Of a stretch of DNA of 64,000 bases, positions 53,876 to 64,000 are shown one piece after another (the stretch's first letter is position 1; each line of letters starts with the position of its first letter). The stretch is from Eledone cirrhosa. Lineage: Eukaryota. The notes below the pieces were generated by a model. The model was not told the DNA's origin, made no database searches, and was given only the letters and a program-made list of their open reading frames with translations. A program made the translations under genes and the position numbers. The stretch covers positions 191,580,001 through 191,644,000 of the forward strand of contig OZ024743.1 of NCBI GenBank assembly GCA_964016885.1, read 5' to 3'.

Positions 53876-53977
53876 AATATATATAACGAAGGAAATGTGG
53901 TAAGGAACCAGGTGGACCATAACGCACCAAAGTACTCAATACTTAGGGTAGTAGAGTAGGTAAGAGGAACAAGTAAG

Positions 53978-54072
53978 ACCCCGACGGCTGAGCTCAAGCC
54001 GTTTCGACGGCTAATTCTGGACTGAATGAAAAATTTATTCTGGTATTTAAATAGCCGAGCTTATCAAGGGGT
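53978..54072 (-). ncRNA. Type I hammerhead with U3-A8 core (TTGATAA)
   Basis: acccc-TTGATAA-gctcggcta...tagccgtc-GAA-ACGGC ttgagctca GCCGT-C-ggggt. Confidence 0.8.
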
Positions 54073-55269
54073 AATTCCATATATGGTCAAAGAGACAATC
54101 ACCAGAATTGGTCACATCACAAGTTAGTAGTAAATCGGTGATGGCAAATTGGTGGGGCAAGGGGTAGCTAAACCTGCCGGTAGGAGAAAAAGGGAGAGGG
54201 GGTGGAGTAGACCCATTCATGCGTTGGTAGTGCCGGCTACAGCTGGGCGTGAGGTGAAATGGATACTGGGGAGGGGGAGGGGGAGGAAGTCGAAACGGTA
54301 AGTAGAAACATGATGGGTAAAACTATAAACAGTACTGAGAGAGAAAAAAAAATAAGCAAGGTCTGGTTACTAAGACTTAAGTCTCTCGCTATTGCTAGGC
54401 TAAAGAAATACATAAATAAATAAATAAACAAATACGTGAATAAAAGAAGAGATAAATAAATAAATAAAAAAAATATATATATATAATGAAGAATAAAAAA
54501 AATAAATAATAATAATAAAAATAAACTAGGTGGGACGGAAATAAAGGGACCCTTATACGAGGTATAAGTGCGTGTATCGTACGGTGACGGGTCAACAAAG
54601 GGGGGGGGGGGGGCAAAATACTAAAGAGACTGCCACGAAATAATAAAGGTTTCTACCCCAATCACGGGGCCAGCAACCACCCAGTGCAAGAAAGTAAACT
54701 AGTACGAGAATATAATTTAGGGTCCCGCAAAAAAATACTAGTGCTAATTCGAATGTTACCGCCACGAAACGAAAAGTCTTATACACGCTACATTAAAGAT
54801 CGTACGAAGTAAAAGTAAAGAACGGAAAATTAATACAGAAACCCCCCACCCACCCCACCCCCAAAAAAGAGAAAAAGAAGAAAGAAATACTGGATAAACG
54901 AGAAATTAAAGCAAAGATGCCACTAAGAAATATAGAAGGCACGGAAAAAAGGTACAGCGGTGGGAGAAGGGGGTAAGTATCCGAAGTCTAACACCTCTGC
55001 TATAAAAAGCGGAGTCAGCCAAATCTATCAAAGAATAGGGGAAGGGGTGGGGGTGTTGAAGCTACAAGGGACCGAGGGGCTACCTCGGGTGGGCGAGAAA
55101 AAGACGACGACAAAGAAAAGGAACTGGGGTAGAAGGACTATGGAGGGATGGGGGTTAGAAGGAAATATAGAGGAAGCGATAAAAGAATGTAAAAGAAGAT
55201 CTTACGTCTCCATTGGCAAGCAGGGGTTACCCATTACAAAATAGGCAAGTGGGGTGTTATAGCCCTAGT

Positions 55270-57292
55270 CTACCCCCCCGGGTCATTATGGGGTTTGAGG
55301 GCAAGGTAAGACCTACGTAATCGGTGTTTACATGCAGTAACCAGTTCATCTTTCTTGTTTAGGAGTTGGTCTGTCGAAAACAGCATTTGTAAAGTTTCCT
55401 CCGAGCATAAATTGCACGGACGGCGTCCTCCCGTGTAAGAGTTGGCTCTGGACAGTAATTTCCAAGTGAGATCATAGTTGATGTTGTTGTCCTTGAGGTC
55501 CCATATGTGGCCCGAAAGTGTAGTGGCGTGACGCCGGGCCGGGTTTCGGAAGGTATGTCTGTGTTGGTATAGCCGGGTCTTGAAGTCACATGCGGTTAAT
55601 CCTATATAAGCTTTGTTGGAGGTGTCCGTGCTCACGTTGCACTGGTAGATCACATTACGGTCTCTGCATCTGTTGTCGAGGGGGCAACTGGATCTATCAG
55701 GACAATTGCACCTCCTGGTCGGCTCTCCACTGCTATTTAGGTTGTTTCTTCCATAGGGGTTGAGTTTTTTGTTGTTGGAGGAGACGATGTTTTGTGCGAA
55801 GTTAGGTGTAGTGCTGTAAGAGAGTTTGATGGTATTTTTGTTAATTATGTTGTGGTAGCGGTGTTGTGGTGGGAAGTGTTTTTCAATGAGCCTAAAGAAA
55901 ATTTTCCCGATGGGAGTTGTCACTTCGGCATTGTGGGGAGGATTGAACAATGTTACATTGCGTGAGCGGCGGTGTCGCCTGCTGGTTCCGCTAATGGGAG
56001 CTGGACAGTATGATATTTCCTCCCGGAAACCACTCCGCTTGAGGGCCTGGTTGTAGTAAGGCGCATGTTCATCGAATATCTTCTCATTAGCTGACAAACG
56101 GGATATGCGGAGGGAGATGTTTTTGACCAGGTTGTTGGTGATGTTCCTAGGATGGTTAGATCGACGGTGGATGTAGTGCAGGTTGTTATTGGGTTTCCTG
56201 TATGGCTAGTACAGGTCATTATTGAGATCAAGGGTAACGTCCAGGAAATTAACTCGGGTCAGGGACGTTTGTAGGGTTATTTTAAATCCCCAGTTGCGGA
56301 AGAAGCTGATTAATTGTTTACGGACCCGATCTGTACTACTGGGGTTGTACCCTTTAAGGGTAAGGAGCCCATCATCACGGTACAATCCACCACCGAAATC
56401 AGGAAACATATCGGTGAGTTTGGCTATAAGGAATAATCCTATAAGATCTGTGACCTCCGCCGAATCCGTCGCGCCGATGCTGACATCGAAGGGTGAGTCG
56501 GGAGCTCTTTTTATCCATTTGAAGTTGTCAAAGAGTAAGACTGTCTTCCTGGCGTGGAGGATGATTTTTCTTTCCTGGTCGGTGATGGGCACAAGTGCTT
56601 CGGCGCAGTCCAAGGCAGCAGTAAGTAGCGGTAAGGTGATTGAAGCATTGTAGCTCTCTATGTTGAACTGGATAAATTTAGTGTCTCGTTTATCCTCCAT
56701 ATTGCTGAACCATGAGATAACTTCCTGGGTGTTGATCCATAGGCTAAGTCGGGCGTGTTGCTTGACTTTTGGTATCACGCGGTCTAGGATTTTTTTGCTG
56801 ATTCTCCCTATATCGGACTTCGTTGGGTTTATAAGCCTGATAGATGGTTTACGGTCGAAATCGGATTTGTGGTCCTTCAGTGTGAAGTATGGTGTCCGTG
56901 GGTCTAGGGGTTCGGTGCGGTCAGCGACCCCGAGGCTGGAGGTAATTTGTTGTCCATCTCGATTAATGTCCTCGATGCATGTGTGGTTAGCCTTTTTATA
57001 GGTGGAGTTTAGGCTGCTCCTGATCAGTGTGTGGTATCTGTCGGGGTTGACAAAGTATAGGTTCCCAGTTTTATCCGAATGCACCATGATCTCATTGGTG
57101 TTATCATACTCTGTTAAGTTGCTACGGAGTTTTTGTAGGAATCGGTTGTGTCTGGGTTTGAATTTAAGGTTCTTGACCAGTTGGAAGAGGTCGTTCTCGA
57201 AGGGTGAGAGCAAAGGGTTCTGGGGGGGGGGAGATTTGTAGGTAATAAATCCGAATCTCTCCTTGGTACCGAAGTCCTGATTGTCGCAAAAT
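55270..57292 (-). pseudogene. Naiad RT + GIY-YIG ORF with one in-frame TAG at 56206-56208
   Basis: SDKTGNLY, RLINPTKSDIG, GLYRDDG, CNCPDRSSCPL, AYIGLT..FKTRLYQH, CNLC, CKH; the two predicted ORFs share a frame. Confidence 0.92.
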
Positions 57293-57507
57293 CTGTCCAG
57301 AGCCAACTCTTACACGGGAGGACGCCGTCCGTGCAATTTATGCTCGGAGGAAACTTTACAAATGCTGTTTTCGACGGACCAACTCCTAAACAAGAAAGAT
57401 GAACTGGTTACTGCATGTAAACACCGATTACGTAGGACTTACCTCGCCCTCAAACCCCATAATGACCCGGGGTATATATATATATACAAATATATATATA
57501 TATACAA

Positions 57508-57669
<162 letters not shown>

Positions 57670-59749
57670 TTATATATATATATAAATATATATATATATA
57701 TGTATATGCAAAAGTTCTATTTAAATTGTTTGGATACAACAAGCAAATATTATTATAACTGATATAAAGCACTCGACAAATATTTGGAGTAGATATACAA
57801 TATTAATAAATGGAAACTATATTTATAAAACCATATTTATTTCATTATCTATATTTCAAGGATACCAAGTTAAATCATGGTATGCCTTCATCAGACAAAA
57901 TACAATATATAACAGTTTTACAAATAGATATTGACGTACCCTTTCAAAAAGGTGACCGTTGCTTTTGGAGGCCATCCGGATAGTGGTTTGTTTACTTTAG
58001 TAAGTCATAGTGTTAAGAGTAAGTGAAAAGATGGAGAGAGAGAGAGAAACGTGGAGAAAAGAAAGGGAAAGATAGATAAAGAAAAAGAAGAAAGCAAAAA
58101 GTAACAGAGGAAAAATATCGGGGAGATATCAAAACATCAGACAGAGAAAGAACTCAAGAGAGAGATATGCAAAGATAGAGAGAGGGGGGAGAGAACGAAA
58201 ACCTTAAGTTATGTCATATTAAGTTGAGTTAACAATTGAGATGAAATGAATAAATAAAATTAGAAATATTAATATTCGTGAATGGAATATAGATATATAA
58301 TATGAGAAATTACACATTGTTTAATTATGATTATATATTTAGTTTTAAAATTGAGATCAATATATTAAAAATTGGAATTTAAACATTATAAAATATATAT
58401 ATTGCTATAGAGATTATCTATCGTATATCACATATACATAGGCAAAGGTACATAAATATATATATATAAATATATACTCACTCACTCAGAAAATACATAT
58501 TATATCTACTCCCGCACATAATGTATACATACAAAGCATAAGTGATTTTTTATTTATTGCTATACACTCCTTGTGTTATTAATTAAAAAATTTTAGTATA
58601 TATATATAAATATATAGGATTAACTTTTCTGCATTTATGGCTGTTAAATTATGCATATCTGCAATCAAAAGCCGCATGTGTAAGCCTGTACATTCACACC
58701 CATAATTCTTAGCTATACATGAATAGATATGTGTGTGCATCTTCAATTGGTATACACACGTCACTCATGCATATATACAGACAGACATATAATCACAAAA
58801 AAAAAACATATAACACATGTATATGTATGTCGACACACACATATAGATACATAAGCCGTACATAGACATAAGTATACATCAACATATAACATAGAACAAT
58901 TGAGTATATAAAATACAAAAGGATTATATTTTGGAAATATAATTATATCAATATAACTTAAAAGGCAAACGAATTTTACAAACATCAAAATACTAAAATA
59001 TCCCAAAATATTATAGAATATTTCAAGTTAAAATAATATGTTTAATATATTTAGCATAGAAATTTATCTTACGTATATTTTAATCAAGACATTGAAAGGA
59101 CAAACTTTTGAAAATTATGAGAAGCTATCAGAATAAAAAAATAAATCTAATAAAAATTATGAGAAGCTATCAGAATAAAAACAAATCTAATAAAATAAAA
59201 AATAAAATGAATCTAATAAAAAAATGAATCTAATAAAAAAAATATAAAAATAAAATGAATCTAATAAAAAATAAAAATAAAATATTATAACTTAAAACAC
59301 AAGGATTCTACAGATATCAATATATTAAAAAATATTAAAAAATAAAAAAAAAAAATAAAAAATAAAAAATAAAAAAAAAAATAAAAAATAAAAAATAAAA
59401 AATAAAAAATAAAAAAAAAATAAAAAATAAAAAATAAAAAATAAATAAAATAAAAAAAAAAATAAAAAATAAAAAATAAAAAATAAAAAATAAAAAATAA
59501 AAAATAAAAAATAAAAAATAAAAAATAAATAAAAAATAAAAAATAAAAAATAAAATTTTTTTAATTTTTAAAAATCCTCAAGAAATCTTTAAAAAAAATT
59601 TTTTTTAAATTTAAAAAAAATCTTTAAATATTTTTAAATATAGAATATTTTAAGCTAAAATAATATGTTTAGTATAGAAATTTATCTTGCGTATATTTTA
59701 TTCAAGATATTGAAAGGATAAACTTTTCTAAATTATTTAATTAATTAAA

Positions 59750-61565
59750 CTACATTTTAAATTTATACTTATATTTAAACGTTGAGTTCAATCTATGTCT
59801 GCAGCAACTGAATAAATTATTCCTTAAATTAAGGGAATTTTTGGTCTTTAATATAAAAAATATAAAAAATATTTCCTCTATACAAAGATCACAATTTTCA
59901 GAAGAGGAATTAAAAGGAGTAGCTTTTGAAATAATATTCCAAATCAGCGAATATTCAACATTATCTCGTTTTAGGTCCCATAATAGGCTAGATAGCGAAG
60001 TTGAAGATTTTTTGTTTGGATCTGTAAAATAATTTTTATGATTATTGAAGCGGGATTTAAATTCTGTAGAGGTAGAACCGACATAGTTAAATGAATTTAA
60101 ATTAGTTTTAACATTACAATTATAAACTATATTTTTAGCTAAGCAGTTGTTATTTAACGGACAGTTTGATTTATTTCTACAGTTACAGTTATTCGATTGA
60201 ATATTGCTTGGGTTATTATTGGTATTTTGGTTAGGTTTTAAATTTCTATTATTAATTCTATTAATATTTTGCGCTAAATTTTTGGTGGAAGAGTAAGTTA
60301 ATTTTATAGTATGTCTATTAAAAATTGGGTAATATTTATGTGTTCTAGGGAATCGTTTGTCAAGATCTTTAAAGAATAGTTTAGCAATAGGGGTTTTAAT
60401 ATTTAGTGAGAAAGGAAGAGCGAACCATAATATATTCCTAGTTCTATTTCTTTTTCGGCTTTCGGAGTTATTGTAATATTTTCTATTAGAGTTGTTGAAA
60501 TTGTTACCATAATTAAAGTTGTTATTATTTTGGTTATTTTGTATATTATTATTATTATCGATGTATTTAATTTTATTTCTATACCCAGCTCTACCTAACG
60601 CTTCGTTGTAATAATGCGCTTTTTCATCAAATATATTCTTATTAGATGAAATTCTTGAAATTCGTTCTTGAACTGAGTTCACTATAGTATTTTTAACGGA
60701 TCTGGGGTGATTAGAGTTAAAATTGACATAATTTAAGTTCTCATTTAGTTTGTGAAATGGATAATGAAGACATGTGTTTAGATTTAGTGTTACATCTAGA
60801 AAATTGACTATTTTATGGTTATTCTCTATTTCCACTTTTAGATTAATGTAATTAAAAAATTGTATAATTTGTTTTCTTTTTCTATTTAGTTCACAGCTAT
60901 TATTTTCTATAAGTAAAAGCATGTCGTCACGATATAAGCCTCCGGTTACCCCTGGTATTTTTCTATGTAGAGAATTAATTATAAAAAGGCCCACAAGGTC
61001 CGTTACCTGAGCTGAGTCTGAAGATCCCATAGTTAAGTCGAAATTATTATTTCTATCTGCCCTAGTCCAGAGTTGGTTATTAAATTCTATTAATGTTTTC
61101 CGTGCCGATAAAATAATGTGCATTTCATTGCGAGTTAGGTCTGTATGTTTAAATGCGTAAGTTAGTGCCTTATTCAGTAGATTAGGAGTGATAGATGAGT
61201 AGTAGTTAGCAATATCTAACTGAATAAACTTATTATAGTTATATTTAATTTCTTTAAACCAATCGATAACCTCACTAGTCCCTTTCCATAATTTTAAGTA
61301 AGATAAATTAGGTAAATTCTTAATTTGTTGTATTATTCTATCTAGAATATTTTTGCTAAGTCTGCCCAGGTCAGATTTAGATGGTGCAATTAATCTGACT
61401 GGTAAATCATTTTCAAAGTTTCTTTTATGATCCTTCATATTGATCTTAGGTTTCCTTGGTATGAAGGGTTGTGTTTTATTTTCAATGTCCAGTTCATGCA
61501 ATATACAAGAGGCATCTGTATTCAGTTTTTCAAGTTCGTCCTTATTTGCTACTTTATATTTCTTC
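59750..61565 (-). CDS. Naiad RT + GIY-YIG open frame (5'-truncated)
   Basis: 583-aa predicted ORF closely similar to 19099-20853; GLYRDD, CNCRNKSNCPL, YVGST, CDLC, CRH. Confidence 0.9.
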
Positions 61566-61684
61566 CTTACTCATAACACTATGACTTACTAAAAAACAAA
61601 CCACTATCCGGATGGCCTCCAAGAGCAACGGTCACCTTTTTGAAAGGGTACGTCAATATCTATTTGTAAAACTGTTATATATTG

Positions 61685-61749
61685 TATTTTGTCTGATGAA
61701 GGCATACCATGATTTAACTTGGTATCCTTGAAATATATATAATGAAATA
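61685..61749 (+). ncRNA. Type I hammerhead ribozyme (mirror at 57838-57902)
   Basis: tattttgt-CTGATGA-aggcatacca..tggtatcctt-GAAA-tatata-TA-atgaaata. Confidence 0.87.
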
Positions 61750-61955
61750 AATATGGTTTTGTAAATATAGTTTCCATTTATTAATATTGTATATCTACTC
61801 CAAATATTTGTCGAGTGCTTTATATTAGTTATAATAATATTTGCTTGTTGTATCCAAACAATTTAAATAGAACTTTTGCATATACATATATATATATATA
61901 TTTATATATATATATATATATAAATATATATATATACATATATATTTATATATAT

Positions 61956-62001
<46 letters not shown>

Positions 62002-62237
62002 ATATAAATAAATATATATATATATATATATATTGTTATACTTGGGGAGGGTAATATTTGCGTAATATTGCCAGAATTAATAACAGAACACACTCACTGT
62101 TTGGTTGGTTTTCGCTTCTCGATGTCTTTTATATCTGCTATCTAACTTACTCGGTCCTCAATGTTGCCATTGACTGACCGACGGTCAAAAATAATACAGA
62201 TACAATATAGACACAAACATATATATATATAGTTTAC

Positions 62238-62290
62238 ATAATTTACATAAATCTTTCGTTGCACATCTGCAACATCGTCAGTGGTGTTAT
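62238..62290 (-). ncRNA. Hammerhead motif (mirror at 63958-64000)
   Basis: cca-CTGACGA-t-GTTGCA gatg TGCAAC-GAAAGATTTA-tg; stem I short and interrupted. Confidence 0.7.
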
Positions 62291-62562
62291 ATTCTTTGTT
62301 CCTCCTGTTGTGTTGTATGTCTACGCCATTTTTTATTTAGTCTGTCTATATATTTATTTATTTATTTGCTTGTTTGTTCACCTTATTTTATTATGTCTTC
62401 TTTGCGCATGCGTTTGCGTGTGTGTATAGTGTTATGTGTGCTGTGTGACTAGTGTGTATAGTGTTGTGTCTGCTGGGTGACTAGTGTGTGTTTATGTGCT
62501 TGTTGTTATTGTGCTTGTGTATGTATTTATTTATCTTATTTTATTTTATTTTATTTACTTAT

Positions 62563-63900
62563 TTATACTTCTCTTAGGTCAGTGTTGTTTGTTTGGGCGT
62601 TGTTGTTGTTCCACTCATTCTTTCTGTTTAGCTTTGGTCTTCTAATTTCTATTTCACTGGCCTCTCTGATTTGCCTATCTGCTGGGTCATTCCTATGTTT
62701 AGATATTATTCTAATTTCTATGTTGTCTATGTTACCGTCATGTTGTTGTCTAGCATGTTCGTATAGTACTGACCCGTTTTTTCGTCCTTTTAGTTCCCCC
62801 CAGTGTTGGTCTATCCTTTCACCTATGCTACGAGCTGTCTCACCTATGTATGTTGTTGTCATGTTTCTGCAAGTACTCTCTGTACATCTTATGCTATAGA
62901 CTACGTTTCTAGTTTTACAGTTTATCCGGGGGTTCAGCTTACATATGATACATTTCCTATTGGTACAGTGGGTTTTCTTAAAAGGGTAGGTTTTGCTGAT
63001 CAGGGATTTTATGGTGGTTCCTGGCTTTTCTACCACCTTTATTTTTAAGTGGGTCTTTCTCAGGGCCTTTCTACACTGGTTAGCTAATTTCCCTCCAGGG
63101 GTGGCATCCACAAACATGACACTCTGATATCTCTGGTTGTCGTACCATGATGTGGCTTTCCCTATCTTATGTCTAGCCCTATCTAAGCTAATCCATGATT
63201 TGCTCCTGTATAGTGGGCAAATTCCTTTCATGTCCAGTTCTATGAGGGTCTTATACTTTTCCATGGCTCCTTCGTATACTCTGACTCTGTCTCTTTGGTT
63301 GTAGCCAGAGAACTGCATGCGGTTGATGAAGTGTTGGATGTGTCCTTCCATTTCTGTTAGGTCGCACATTCTGGACACATTCTTCATCACTCGTACCAAA
63401 TCTGCGATCAGAATATTAAACTTAGCACTACATGACATTGCTGAGTTTTTGAGTATCAGGTATTTGGAGGCCATGGGTTTAGCATAGTGTGAGTGGAGAA
63501 TTTGGGCTCTCTCGTCTATAGTGTTAATCCAGAGTTCTGTGTCTAATACAGATAGTCTATTGTTAGGGTGTTTGGAAGGGAAGTCGAAAGTTACAGTTAT
63601 ACTCTGGTGTATGGAATTAGCTATCTGCTGGATGCTTTCCATCGTGCTACGTTCTAAATCAAACTTGTTAGTGCTCTCTAGTGGGGGTGTTCTTATAAAT
63701 ATATTGATATCGTCTACATAACGAGAGTACATGATGAGGTCTATGGAGCTTTCATTAAGGAGATCTTTAAGTCTCCTTTCCCACCATACCATGAAAAGGT
63801 TGGCAACATCACCAGCAATGCTGACGCCGATGGCTACTCCCTCATTTTGGGTGTAGATTTTCTCATTGAACTTAAATATGTGGTCCTTTAGGGTAGTTTT
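62563..63900 (-). CDS. PLE RT C-terminal half + GIY-YIG (open frame, truncated)
   Basis: GVAIG, RYVDD, CTNRKCIIC, NVVYSIRC..C..YIGETAR, RQIREA..PKLN. Confidence 0.88.
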   Translation of the reverse strand, partial: KTTLKDHIFKFNEKIYTQNEGVAIGVSIAGDVANLFMVWWERRLKDLLNESSIDLIMYSRYVDDINIFIRTPPLESTNKFDLERSTMESIQQIANSIHQSITVTFDFPSKHPNNRLSVLDTELWINTIDERAQILHSHYAKPMASKYLILKNSAMSCSAKFNILIADLVRVMKNVSRMCDLTEMEGHIQHFINRMQFSGYNQRDRVRVYEGAMEKYKTLIELDMKGICPLYRSKSWISLDRARHKIGKATSWYDNQRYQSVMFVDATPGGKLANQCRKALRKTHLKIKVVEKPGTTIKSLISKTYPFKKTHCTNRKCIICKLNPRINCKTRNVVYSIRCTESTCRNMTTTYIGETARSIGERIDQHWGELKGRKNGSVLYEHARQQHDGNIDNIEIRIISKHRNDPADRQIREASEIEIRRPKLNRKNEWNNNNAQTNNTDLREV

Positions 63901-64000
63901 GATATAAAATAATAAAAAATGGCGTAGACATACAACACAACAGGAGGAACAAAGAATATAACACCACTGACGATGTTGCAGATGTGCAACGAAAGATTTA

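Larger units (their letters stand above)
53886..57471 (-). mobile_element. Naiad-like Penelope element, 5'-truncated, with 5' inversion (57293-57471)
   Basis: RT-GIY ORF, 1.4-kb 3' UTR with HHR, (TA)n flanks. Confidence 0.92.
57702..61886 (-). mobile_element. Naiad-like Penelope element (relative of 17830-22242) with ~320-bp inverted pLTRs (57702-58023 / 61566-61886)
   Basis: Mirror ORFs 57428- and 61815+; HHRs at 57838-57902(-) and 61685-61749(+). Confidence 0.93.
62034..64000 (-). mobile_element. Penelope-like element (Neptune-type Cys linker), 5'-truncated, with inverted pLTR from ~63908 running off the window
   Basis: 63908-64000 is the reverse complement of ~62248-62335. Confidence 0.9.

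Overview
AT-rich eukaryotic repeat region, probably from an octopus or other cephalopod (inferred from the tRNA-headed SINE family; not proven). No host gene is recognisable. About 80% of the window is retroelement DNA sitting in microsatellites. (1) 1-7.8 kb: three minus-strand L1/Tx1 LINE copies whose intact ends abut (GATA)n, plus an R4/Dong-like fragment next to (TACA)n. (2) 12-64 kb: a dense nest of Penelope-like elements (PLEs; RT + C-terminal GIY-YIG) from several clades (Naiad-like, Neptune-like and others), each bounded by (TA)n tracts. Most have an inverted copy of their 3' end (pLTR) at the truncated 5' end. About 20 type I hammerhead ribozyme (HHR) motifs were read by eye in these pLTRs, including core variants (U3-A8, CCGANGA, CCGUUGA) and a 440-bp palindrome carrying two opposed HHRs. 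Also present are non-coding elements with PLE-like geometry, notably a ~370-bp element in three copies with an internal tRNA-like module. All alignments, folds and clade assignments were done by eye; coordinates are approximate to a few bases. The (TA)n/(CA)n-derived ORFs in the ORF track are spurious.
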